Below, piece by piece: positions 52,051 through 61,782 of a stretch of DNA of 64,000 nucleotides (its first letter is position 1; each line of letters begins with the position of its first letter). Both the position numbers and the translations under genes were made by a program. The DNA lies in NCBI GenBank assembly GCA_963674745.2, contig CAXXDV010000001.1, positions 1,440,001 through 1,504,000 of the forward strand. The letters are read 5' to 3'. The stretch comes from Desulfosudaceae bacterium. GTDB lineage: Bacteria > Desulfobacterota > Desulfobacteria > Desulfobacterales > Desulfosudaceae. Below the pieces are notes generated by a model. That model worked only from the letters and a program-made list of their open reading frames with translations. It searched no databases and was not told where the DNA came from.

Positions 52051-52923
52051 GAGTCTGTAGGAAAAGTCTATTTTCGATAAATTTTATCTTTTTTCAGAAA
52101 AACACCTTCGTAGAATATATTTTATACTAAAACATAAAATCCTTGCAAACCATCTATTTTAGATGGCTTCACAGAGATCATACAAAATCTTATATAACTT
52201 TCAGGTTTTCAAAAATTGGCGGCAAAACCCTATGTTTTACTCAAATTTTACTTTTTCTACAGCCTCAACGAGTCTGTAGGAAAAGTCTATTTTCGATAAA
52301 TTTTATCTTTTTTCAGAAAAACACCTTCGTAGAATATATTTTATACTAAAACATAAAATCCTTGCAAACCATCTATTTTAGATGGCTTCACAGAGATCAT
52401 ACAAAATCTTATATAACTTTCAGGTTTTCAAAAATTGGCGGCAAAACCCTATGTTTTACTCAAATTTTACTTTTTCTACAGCCTCAACGAGTCTGTAGGA
52501 AAAGTCTATTTTCGATAAATTTTATCTTTTTTCAGAAAAACACCTTCGTAGAATATATTTTATACTAAAACATAAAATCCTTGCAAACCATCTATTTTAG
52601 ATGGCTTCACAGAGATCATACAAAATCTTATATAACTTTCAGGTTTTCAAAAATTGGCGGCAAAACCCTATGTTTTACTCAAATTTTACTTTTTCTACAG
52701 CCTCAACGAGTCTGTAGGAAAAGTCTATTTTCGATAAATTTTATCTTTTTTCAGAAAAACACCTTCGTAGAATATATTTTATACTAAAACATAAAATCCT
52801 TGCAAACCATCTATTTTAGATGGCTTCACAGAGATCATACAAAATCTTATATAACTTTCAGGTTTTCAAAAATTGGCGGCAAAACCCTATGTTTTACTCA
52901 AATTTTACTTTTTCTACAGCCTC
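52051..52923. mobile_element. Four tandem copies (C-F) of the 216-bp MITE-like element
   Basis: 52051-52266, 52270-52485, 52489-52704, 52708-52923; 219-bp period separated by AAC. Confidence 0.88.
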
Positions 52924-52965
52924 AACGTCTGAAGCCAGGGGCAGCCAGGGCTACTCCTGACCAGA

Positions 52966-53391
52966 TTATGGTTTTAAATTTTCGACTCCCCTCGGTTGCT
53001 CAACAAAGCCTGCCCTGGCTGTCCCTTTGCGCTTCTTGGTTATAAGGCTGATTATTATGGATAACGTGAATGTAATAACTGTGGCACATAATGCCAAAAA
53101 ACACACAAAGAAAAAATATGAATCCCAAAAAGGAGTTCCCAGAATTGGCAACCAAGTTAAAGCACAGGAATAAAACACAATTAAAGATATCATAAAATAT
53201 TTTGTATAATTTGATTTATGAAGATGCTTTAAACTCCATAATATGCCGAATACAAAGCCGATAATTCCAAAGAAGAAAATTGCCAAAATATAATGGTTTC
53301 CACTTTTCAAAACCGCGGATGACAAACCAGATAATGCGTTTAATTCATAATAAATAAATGGAATATATATTGTTGCCAGAAACCAACGCAT
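52966..53391 (-). CDS. Cassette membrane protein
   Basis: Start MRWFLATIY after R'; reads into attC. Confidence 0.65.
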   Translation of the reverse strand: MRWFLATIYIPFIYYELNALSGLSSAVLKSGNHYILAIFFFGIIGFVFGILWSLKHLHKSNYTKYFMISLIVFYSCALTWLPILGTPFWDSYFFFVCFLALCATVITFTLSIIISLITKKRKGTARAGFVEQPRGVENLKP

Positions 53392-53520
53392 TTCGAAAAG
53401 CCTTATAACGTCCGCCACCACCGGCGCGCAGGGTTTGCGGACTTCGCTAAAGTAAGTTAAACACCAAATTACGCCAAAACAAAGGCCGCCCGCCCCTGCG
53501 AGTCCGGGTGAGTGGCGTTG

Positions 53521-53811
53521 TTATATTCCAGTTTTTATTTTTATGAAAATAATTGCTGCCAGCAGCCCTATCATAGCACCAAAAATTATCGACAAATACC
53601 ATTTTGAAATATTCGTGAATTTTATAATTAGTGCCGGAAAGATCGAAATCAGGATTATTTTGAATAGACCTGAAATTAAATAAGGCCAATCCATAAAACC
53701 GTAATGCTTGAGCATAGTCAAAAAGAAAATGGAAAATAAACAAATTGTGCTTGCAAAATAAGCAAGTAATGCTTGTTTTGAATGAGCTAAAAATTTGCTT
53801 TGATCATCCAT
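53521..53811 (-). CDS. Three-TM cassette protein
   Basis: Start MDDQSKF; stop in R''. Confidence 0.65.
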   Translation of the reverse strand: MDDQSKFLAHSKQALLAYFASTICLFSIFFLTMLKHYGFMDWPYLISGLFKIILISIFPALIIKFTNISKWYLSIIFGAMIGLLAAIIFIKIKTGI

Positions 53812-53957
53812 AAATTTTCTCTTGTGGAATATAACGTCCGCCACCACCGGCGAGCAGGGTTTGCGGACTTCGCTAAAGTAAGTTTAACACCAAATTACAC
53901 CAAAACTAAGGCAGCACGCCCCTGCGAGTCCGGGTGGGTGGCGTTGTTAGGAGGCGT

Positions 53958-54398
53958 CTATCCCGGCGCCTCATATTCCAAATTTTTTAAATGTATAGGT
54001 AATGGTGTCGGTTTTGGCAATTCAATATTACCATATATTGTCTTTAATGGTTTATTGGGGTTGAGAAAGTGAAAAAAGAATACCCAGCGACACCCACTAT
54101 CATCAAGGTGGCGTTCATCGTAAGGGACTTGCCAGTTCTCTTTTGATACCCCTTTTTCTTCTTGTGTTATCGAAGCCCAGTCAGAAGGCTGAAGCGGCTG
54201 TTGTGAGAGAATCTCAATTAGGAACAGATTATCAAAATGTTCCGTAACGTGTCTTTTGGCTTCATCAAGTTCTGCGCCTTCCAACTCTTCTCCCCACTGT
54301 AATATCAAAGTCTTTTGAAAGGTAGCCTCATTTGCTTGGTATTTATGGACACCAATGACCTGAAGAGGCATAGTTTTGGGCTTTTTCTTGAAGAGCAT
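53958..54398 (-). CDS. Cassette hypothetical protein
   Basis: Start MLFKKKPK inside cassette; the ORF-track start lies in the attC. Confidence 0.7.
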   Translation of the reverse strand: MLFKKKPKTMPLQVIGVHKYQANEATFQKTLILQWGEELEGAELDEAKRHVTEHFDNLFLIEILSQQPLQPSDWASITQEEKGVSKENWQVPYDERHLDDSGCRWVFFFHFLNPNKPLKTIYGNIELPKPTPLPIHLKNLEYEAPG

Positions 54399-54531
54399 TA
54401 CTTCGTAAAGCCTCCTAACGTCCGCCACCACCGGCGAGCAGGGCTTGCGGACTTCGCTAAAGTAAAGTTCAACTCCAAATAACGCCAAAGCCAAAACAGC
54501 CCGCCCCTGCGAGTCTGTGTGAGTGGCGTTG

Positions 54532-55008
54532 TTATATTTTGCCTGTATTAATTTTATCTATAGCACGATCAAATTTGACCACCAATTCATTTAAAGTATC
54601 AACTGGACTCTTAGTAAAGGCTTTATCAGTAGGGTATAATGGCGCTACCCATTCGCATTCTTTGCAATTTTCGGCTATTGCAATCATTATGGTCAAAGAC
54701 CCTTTCCAAGATTCAATTATTTCATGCGGGTCACAGTTTGGAAAAACTTGCATCAATTTTTCCATCATTTTCTTTGTTGGGCTTTGAAGCAAATTTATCA
54801 CTTCAAGAGAATATTTAATCACATCTTTCGAGGCAGACGTCCTTGGCATTCCGACACAAATCGAAAAGCGCCAAAACCATTCCGCACATTCTTCTGAAAT
54901 ATCCGTGAAATATTCAGAATAGCTCAACAGGTCAAGTGAAGATGCATATTCGGGAAGAACGTGCATTTCAAATATGATTAATCTTGGATATTCTTTATAT
55001 TGCCACAT
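54532..55008 (-). CDS. Cassette hypothetical protein (duplicate of 59855..60331)
   Basis: Identical translation. Confidence 0.75.
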   Translation of the reverse strand: MWQYKEYPRLIIFEMHVLPEYASSLDLLSYSEYFTDISEECAEWFWRFSICVGMPRTSASKDVIKYSLEVINLLQSPTKKMMEKLMQVFPNCDPHEIIESWKGSLTIMIAIAENCKECEWVAPLYPTDKAFTKSPVDTLNELVVKFDRAIDKINTGKI

Positions 55009-55137
55009 ATCTTATAAAATATAACGTCCGCCACCACCGGCGAGCAGGGGATGCGGACTTCTTAAATGTTCGTTTAACACCACACTATGCTAAAACCCAA
55101 AACCGACCGCCCCTGCGAGTCCGGGTGAGTGGCGTTG

Positions 55138-55518
55138 TTATATGCCATTATTCTTTCTACTTATTAGTTCATATGTAGAATATTTAAATCTAATATATAT
55201 GGTAGCAAAACCAAATAAACCCAAAAGAGAAATTGATACGTATTTATATAAATTATAATTGATCCCAAAGCTTGTCAGATCGGAAATAACTCCCAAAATA
55301 ATCCATATAAAAGCAAGAACAAAAAGTGATAACATGAAAATGGCTCTTCTTCTGGCATTTATATTTGGAATTAAAATAGAATTGCATAATGGACATTCAA
55401 TTTCAGATAAATAAAAAAAATTACGACGGTTTTTTCTTTGCTTCATCGCTTCGGAGTTCAGATCGAATTCTCCACTACAATCTGGACATTGAATGTTTAG
55501 TAATCTTTTTTTGAACAT
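55138..55518 (-). CDS. Zn-ribbon (CPDC/CPLC) + two-TM cassette protein (duplicate of 56135..56515)
   Basis: Identical translation. Confidence 0.75.
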   Translation of the reverse strand: MFKKRLLNIQCPDCSGEFDLNSEAMKQRKNRRNFFYLSEIECPLCNSILIPNINARRRAIFMLSLFVLAFIWIILGVISDLTSFGINYNLYKYVSISLLGLFGFATIYIRFKYSTYELISRKNNGI

Positions 55519-55681
55519 GTGAAATTATTTTTGTGCATTTAAGTTCAAAGCATATAACGGCGGCCGCCAATGGGAGCCAGGGCTTCCACTGACCTGCCTT
55601 AAAGATGGTTTATGTTCAATTCCCCCGAAATTTCAAAAACCGAATGCCCTGGCTCTCCTTTGAGCGGCCTTGTTATATGAA

Positions 55682-56002
55682 TTACGCCACTATTGAAAAC
55701 AACAAACCAATTACTATAATCAAAAGTCCATATTCTTTTGCCCGAACTCTTGTCATAAATTTTATCTTTGATTCATCCAACTTGTTTCTGAGTATTATTG
55801 AGATAAATCCAAAAATGATCCAAAAAGGTCCAATATACCCAAAGCTTCCAGAGTGAGGGATTGTATTTACAGTGATATAGGACGCAAGAATGAGAATAAA
55901 CAACCCCAAAACTATAAAAAATTTATTATTTTTCCATAGCCCCAAACCCCAGAATAAGAATGAAAACAAAAACGGTATTGATAAATGATTAATATAGTTC
56001 AT
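55682..56002 (-). CDS. Small multi-TM cassette protein
   Basis: Fills cassette. Confidence 0.65.
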   Translation of the reverse strand: MNYINHLSIPFLFSFLFWGLGLWKNNKFFIVLGLFILILASYITVNTIPHSGSFGYIGPFWIIFGFISIILRNKLDESKIKFMTRVRAKEYGLLIIVIGLLFSIVA

Positions 56003-56134
56003 TCAATGATAATTCATATAACGTCCGCCACCACCGGCGAGCAGGGGATGCGGACTTCTTAAATGTTCGTTTAACACCACACTATGCTAAAACCCAAAAC
56101 CGACCGCCCCTGCGAGTCCGGGTGAGTGGCGTTG

Positions 56135-56515
56135 TTATATGCCATTATTCTTTCTACTTATTAGTTCATATGTAGAATATTTAAATCTAATATATATGGT
56201 AGCAAAACCAAATAAACCCAAAAGAGAAATTGATACGTATTTATATAAATTATAATTGATCCCAAAGCTTGTCAGATCGGAAATAACTCCCAAAATAATC
56301 CATATAAAAGCAAGAACAAAAAGTGATAACATGAAAATGGCTCTTCTTCTGGCATTTATATTTGGAATTAAAATAGAATTGCATAATGGACATTCAATTT
56401 CAGATAAATAAAAAAAATTACGACGGTTTTTTCTTTGCTTCATCGCTTCGGAGTTCAGATCGAATTCTCCACTACAATCTGGACATTGAATGTTTAGTAA
56501 TCTTTTTTTGAACAT
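56135..56515 (-). CDS. Zn-ribbon + two-TM cassette protein (second copy)
   Basis: Identical to 55138..55518. Confidence 0.75.
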   Translation of the reverse strand: MFKKRLLNIQCPDCSGEFDLNSEAMKQRKNRRNFFYLSEIECPLCNSILIPNINARRRAIFMLSLFVLAFIWIILGVISDLTSFGINYNLYKYVSISLLGLFGFATIYIRFKYSTYELISRKNNGI

Positions 56516-56666
56516 GTGAAATTATTTTTGTGCATTTAAGTTCAAAGCATATAACGTCCGCCACCACCGGCGAGCAGGGTTTTCGGACTTCTTAAAGGTT
56601 AGTTCAACACCACATTATGTTTAAACCAAGGCAGCCCGCCCCTGCGAGTCTGTGTGAGTGGCGTTG

Positions 56667-57047
56667 TTATGCAACTTGTATTATTGTTTTTCTAATTCCT
56701 GTTTTTGGGTCCCAGAAAACATAAAAGGACGTATCATCATGAAAATAGCCCGTGTTAACTGGAAGGTCAATTTGCCCGACAAAGACCATTGGCTGTCCTT
56801 TGGCGAATTGCCAATCGGAACCTTGAATCCAATTTGGTGGGGACGATATTGAAATGAACTGTTCCTTCATGACTTTCCGCAATGATGTGGCGATATCTTC
56901 GTCTCCTTCACGTGCAGAACTTATCAATTTCAAGAAAAACTCCTCCGATTCAGATGAAGTAAGTGGATCGATATTGTATTCACTGCATATCGGTAAAATT
57001 TCATCTAAATCATTACTTGAAATTTTGCTTTCGAAGGTATCTTCCAC
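56667..57047 (-). CDS. Cassette hypothetical protein (YwqG/DUF1963-like C-terminal motif)
   Basis: PPNWIQ..PMVFVGQID..FYVF..IIQ; GGAG RBS. Confidence 0.65.
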   Translation of the reverse strand: MEDTFESKISSNDLDEILPICSEYNIDPLTSSESEEFFLKLISSAREGDEDIATSLRKVMKEQFISISSPPNWIQGSDWQFAKGQPMVFVGQIDLPVNTGYFHDDTSFYVFWDPKTGIRKTIIQVA

Positions 57048-57184
57048 ATTTTCTCCGTTGCATAACGTCCGCCACCACCGGCGAGCAGGGTTTGCGGACT
57101 TTGCTAAAGTGAGTTTAACACCAAACTATGCCAGGACAAAAGCAGCCCGCCCCTGCGAGTCCGGGTGAGTGGCATTGTTATCTT

Positions 57185-57673
57185 TCAGTTTTTTAATATT
57201 TTTGATTCTATTAATTCATTTTTTAAAATCATAAAAATTCCTGCTACTACCGTAAAACCATGTGCAAATAAATTACTCCAATAGAAACCTCCTCCCGAGC
57301 GAATTGGTAAAAGGAATAAATCTCTGATTAAGGAGGACGTTCCACTTGTGAAAAAGTATATGCCTAAAAGAATAAGCCAAAAGGATAGATTAGAGTAATT
57401 GGGGTCGCTTTCATCTGTCTTGGGTGTTACTTTAGAATCTCCGGAAATAAAATTTGATATTTTTTCGGCCTTCGAAATTAAGAGGATTGCAACAATAATA
57501 TAAAATATCGGGAGAAAAGAAGCCCAAATATTATATAGCACAGGATTCTTGATAAACTTTTCCTGATTGATAGCAAATGAAGAGATTAATCCAGAAAATG
57601 CATATGGTATTTGAACTAAAAGATAAAGGCCGTAAATACGTGTTGCAATTTCAATGGCTTTTTTTGTGCTCAT
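57185..57673 (-). CDS. Four-TM cassette protein
   Basis: Start MSTKKAI after AAGGA; the ORF-track start lies in the attC. Confidence 0.7.
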   Translation of the reverse strand: MSTKKAIEIATRIYGLYLLVQIPYAFSGLISSFAINQEKFIKNPVLYNIWASFLPIFYIIVAILLISKAEKISNFISGDSKVTPKTDESDPNYSNLSFWLILLGIYFFTSGTSSLIRDLFLLPIRSGGGFYWSNLFAHGFTVVAGIFMILKNELIESKILKN

Positions 57674-57848
57674 AGAGTTCCTTGAAGAAAGATAACGGTT
57701 GCAGCCAAAGGGCGCCAGGGCTTCTTCTGACTGTCTTAAAAATGGTTTATGTTCAAGTTCCATCGAAAATTCAAAACCCGTGTGCCCTGGCGGTCCTTTT
57801 GGGCTGCATGGTTATACGAATAATTATAGATTGGTTCTATGACTTTCA

Positions 57849-58118
57849 TTATTTAAATAAGCCAGATAATCTTGTAATCAAAGAAAGGCTTACAAGTATC
57901 AACAATACTACTCCCCATGTTCTAAACCAAAATGTATTTTCCCCGATAAAATATTTTTTGTTTTCTTCTGATTTCCCAAGTGCTGCACTCTTTTCCATGC
58001 GCCAATAAATGTTTCCAATTAACTTGATAAACTTGATCAATGATTTAGGTTTAAATATCAGATAAAGGCTTATAATTAACACGATCGTATCATTGATAAT
58101 AATAAATATATCTATCAT
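57849..58118 (-). CDS. Small two-TM cassette protein
   Basis: Fills cassette. Confidence 0.6.
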   Translation of the reverse strand: MIDIFIIINDTIVLIISLYLIFKPKSLIKFIKLIGNIYWRMEKSAALGKSEENKKYFIGENTFWFRTWGVVLLILVSLSLITRLSGLFK

Positions 58119-58266
58119 AAAGGTTTCTTTTTCTCTTTCTTGTTCAACGTATAACGTCTACCGTCACTTGGGAGCAGGGGAAAAGTGACTTTTGCAAAGC
58201 CACGTAAACACCGAACCACGATACTGTAAAAGCAGCACGCCCCTGCGAGTCAAGTGCATGGTATTG

Positions 58267-58767
58267 TTAGCCTTTACTATTTATATTATTAACGAAAATT
58301 CCAAATATTTTTGTTTCAGTTCCTATGAGATCTGGGATTGATGAGTAATTCATTTCTTTTGTCCCATTACTCTTTGTACAGTACTTTTCATTTAACATGA
58401 AAGATATAACCTTTGGCAAAGAATCTACATGTACAACTCTTTGATAAAAACTGATTGGGTCAGAAATTGTAAAATTCATATCAGCTCGAAATGGTTTTGC
58501 TCTCGGAGGGCACCCAAGAAAATTTATTTGAACGATGATTTGTCCGCTTGGATATCTGACGACCTGATCGGCATTACCTAGCTTAAAATGATATCCTTGG
58601 GTCTTTATTGGGCCTTTTATTATTTTTCCAAAACGAGTAACAATAATTTGCTCACCTGGTTTAATTACGTACACAGATTCATATGCAAATTGGGCCGCCA
58701 AACCAATAATTGCCAATATAATTATTGGGGCTTTTACTTTTTGTGTATATTTGTCCGGTAGCTGCAT
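58267..58767 (-). CDS. SPFH/HflC-like domain protein (cassette)
   Basis: SVYVIKPGEQIIVTRFGKII..GYHFKL..FTISDPISFY. Confidence 0.7.
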   Translation of the reverse strand: MQLPDKYTQKVKAPIIILAIIGLAAQFAYESVYVIKPGEQIIVTRFGKIIKGPIKTQGYHFKLGNADQVVRYPSGQIIVQINFLGCPPRAKPFRADMNFTISDPISFYQRVVHVDSLPKVISFMLNEKYCTKSNGTKEMNYSSIPDLIGTETKIFGIFVNNINSKG

Positions 58768-58914
58768 TTTTATGTAAGGCTAACGTCGGCCGCCAATGGG
58801 AGCCAGGGCTTCCACTGTCTTGCCTTAAAAGTGATTAAAGTTCGTTTTCCTCCAAATGTTCAAAAACCGAATGCCCTGGCTCTCCTTTGGGCGGCCTTGT
58901 TCGCTGCAATATTT

Positions 58915-59319
58915 TTATTGATTGTTATTTAGTTTTTCAAGAGCTTCTGATACACGGGAATATCTTGGAATATTCATAGATTCCACAAGATTCTTCAGCT
59001 CTTCATTATTATCTGAGTATTCCCAATAATTTGAATTAAAACGTTTAAGTATTGTTTCGGCTGTTTTATAATCTCCGCTTTCTATTAATTTTTCGACATG
59101 CGACGTAACAGAAGTCACTAATTCTCGATGAAAATATCTCTCGCTTGCTTCCAGCTTCTCATTTACTTGATTAGTCCAGAAAATACATGTGATTGCAAGT
59201 ATGGTGAAAGCAAAATAACGACAAAATTTAGCCCATTTCTTAAACTTAATTATATCCGAAACTATAAAGAGGATAAACGCTATTAAAAATGGGAATGGAG
59301 ACGATATAAATTCTTGCAT
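58915..59319 (-). CDS. Two-TM cassette protein
   Basis: Fills cassette. Confidence 0.7.
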   Translation of the reverse strand: MQEFISSPFPFLIAFILFIVSDIIKFKKWAKFCRYFAFTILAITCIFWTNQVNEKLEASERYFHRELVTSVTSHVEKLIESGDYKTAETILKRFNSNYWEYSDNNEELKNLVESMNIPRYSRVSEALEKLNNNQ

Positions 59320-59335
59320 AGCTTATTCCAGCGAA

Positions 59336-59741
59336 CGTCTGCAGCCAAAGTAGCCAGGGCTTCCAGTGACTGCCTTTAAGATGGTTGATGTTCAATTTCC
59401 CCCGAAAGTGCAAAAGCCGAATGCCCTGGCTATCATTTGGGCTGCTTGGTTAAGTGCCCGCATTATTGAGAAAGACTTTAACGACAGCATGGGCAAATAA
59501 AATAAAATGATATTTTTCTTTTTACGCCTTGTCCATCATGAACTTATGAAATCGGGTAGGTCTCTTTTCATCCGGACAAATAAAGGCGCATTATCATTTG
59601 GCCGCGCCAGTTCGAAATTACAATTTATCTTTACTGGCCGAAAAATTCAACTTGGTGACAATTACCATTTTGGCAATGAATGTCGTTTTCAGCCAAAATT
59701 CTTTTTTTTATTTTTTTCCCGTACAGATTCAGTGCACTTAA
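59336..59741 (-). repeat. Gene-less cassette copy 5
   Basis: Homologous to 46963-47366. Confidence 0.85.
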
Positions 59742-59854
59742 CGTCCGCCACCACCGGCGAGCAGGGCTTGCGGACTTCGCTAAAGTAAAGTTCAACTCCA
59801 AATAACGCCAAAGCCAAAACAGCCCGCCCCTGCGAGTCTGTGTGAGTGGCGTTG

Positions 59855-60331
59855 TTATATTTTGCCTGTATTAATTTTATCTATAGCACGATCAAATTTG
59901 ACCACCAATTCATTTAAAGTATCAACTGGACTCTTAGTAAAGGCTTTATCAGTAGGGTATAATGGCGCTACCCATTCGCATTCTTTGCAATTTTCGGCTA
60001 TTGCAATCATTATGGTCAAAGACCCTTTCCAAGATTCAATTATTTCATGCGGGTCACAGTTTGGAAAAACTTGCATCAATTTTTCCATCATTTTCTTTGT
60101 TGGGCTTTGAAGCAAATTTATCACTTCAAGAGAATATTTAATCACATCTTTCGAGGCAGACGTCCTTGGCATTCCGACACAAATCGAAAAGCGCCAAAAC
60201 CATTCCGCACATTCTTCTGAAATATCCGTGAAATATTCAGAATAGCTCAACAGGTCAAGTGAAGATGCATATTCGGGAAGAACGTGCATTTCAAATATGA
60301 TTAATCTTGGATATTCTTTATATTGCCACAT
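59855..60331 (-). CDS. Cassette hypothetical protein (second copy)
   Basis: Identical to 54532..55008. Confidence 0.75.
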   Translation of the reverse strand: MWQYKEYPRLIIFEMHVLPEYASSLDLLSYSEYFTDISEECAEWFWRFSICVGMPRTSASKDVIKYSLEVINLLQSPTKKMMEKLMQVFPNCDPHEIIESWKGSLTIMIAIAENCKECEWVAPLYPTDKAFTKSPVDTLNELVVKFDRAIDKINTGKI

Positions 60332-60347
60332 ATCTTATAAAATATAA

Positions 60348-61153
60348 CGTCTGCAGCCAAAGTAGCCAGGGCTTCCAGTGACTGACTTTAAGGTGGTTGA
60401 TGTTCAATTTCCCCCGAATGTTCAAAAGCCGAATGCCCTGGCTATCATTTGGGCTGCTTGGTTAAGTGCCCGCATTATTGAGAAAGACTTTAACGACAGC
60501 ATGGGCAAATAAATTAAAATGATATTTTTCTTTTTACGCCTTGTCCATCATGAACTTATGAAAACGGGTAGGTCTCTTTTCATCCGGACAAATAAAGGCG
60601 CAAAATCAAACAGTCCCGCCAGATCAAAATACAGCTTATCTTTACTGATTGAAAATATCAATCTGGTGACAATTTCCATAGTGGCAACGAAGATCATTTT
60701 TCGTCAAAATTCTTTTTTTATTTTTTCCCGTACAGATTAAGTGCACTTAACGTCTGCAGCCAAAGTAGCCAGGGCTTCCAGTGACTGACTTTAAGGTGGT
60801 TGATGTTCAATTTCCCCCGAATGTTCAAAAGCCGAATGCCCTGGCTATCATTTGGGCTGCTTGGTTAAGTGCCCGCATTATTCAGAAAGACTTAAACGAC
60901 AGCATGGGCAAATAAAATAAAATGATATTTTTCTTTTTACGCCTTGTCCATCATGAACTTATGAAAACGGGTAGGTCTCTTTTCATCCGGACAAATAAAG
61001 GCTCAAAATCAAACAGTCCCGCCAGATCAAAATACAGCTTATCTTTACTGATTGAAAATATCAATCTGGTGACAATTTCCATAGTGGCAACGAAGATCAT
61101 TTTTCGTCAAAATTCTTTTTTTATTTTTTCCCGTACAGATTAAGTGCACTTAA
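60348..61153 (-). repeat. Gene-less cassette copies 6-7 (divergent variant; 60348-60750, 60751-61153)
   Basis: Same ends and attC; middle ~110 bp diverged from copies 1-5. Confidence 0.85.
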
Positions 61154-61277
61154 CGTCTGAAGCCAATGGCAGCCAGGGCTTCCACCAGCTTAGTTAAAGA
61201 TTTTGGTTATTCAATTCCCCCGACTTTTCAAAACCCGAGTGCCCTGGCTGTCCACTTGAGCTTCTTGGTTATGTTTC

Positions 61278-61658
61278 TTAATATTTTGATTTAATTGGAA
61301 ATTTAAAAGAAACTGTATTCGTATAATTTGCAAATTCTTCTTTATTTGCAATATATTTTTTAATATCATTTTTAGTTTTGAAAACTATAATATCGTTTTC
61401 ATGCTGAAAAGAATAATCAGCGGTAAGGTCATGAACACTTATAAGAAAGCACTGCTTATCCATATTCATTTTAGTCAGCAGTTCCTCGCCTAATGATTTC
61501 TTCTTAAATGCAATATAAGATCCACCGGTGCTGGTTTTCATTTTTACAAGGATAAGAGGCAAATCATGGCCTTTATCATTTTTGAGTCCATGACTGCATA
61601 CAAAAAACAATTCATTTCTTTTTTTAACAAAATTTTGAAAGATATCTTTTATCATCAT
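61278..61658 (-). CDS. Cassette hypothetical protein
   Basis: Fills cassette. Confidence 0.65.
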   Translation of the reverse strand: MMIKDIFQNFVKKRNELFFVCSHGLKNDKGHDLPLILVKMKTSTGGSYIAFKKKSLGEELLTKMNMDKQCFLISVHDLTADYSFQHENDIIVFKTKNDIKKYIANKEEFANYTNTVSFKFPIKSKY

Positions 61659-61782
61659 GAAACATAACGTCTCAAGCCAATGGCAGCCAGGGCTTCCACT
61701 GTCTTGGTTTATGATTTGGGTTGTTCAGTTCCCCCAATATTTCAAAACCCGAGTGCCCTGGCTGTCCACTTGAGCTTGATTG

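Noticed and set aside
52143..53045. Repeated 68-aa ORF MQTIYFRW
   Set aside because: TTG start without RBS, spans the junction between tandem copies; by-product of the repeat
53392..57763. ORF-track N-terminal extensions (MVADV.., MALALFGV.., MELEHKPF..)
   Set aside because: They start inside the upstream attC; starts were moved into the cassette
47173..61143. Plus-strand ORFs MIFFFLRLVHHELMKTGRSL in the gene-less cassettes
   Set aside because: Lengths and frames differ between copies and copy 4 lacks the ATG; a short peptide is not fully excluded
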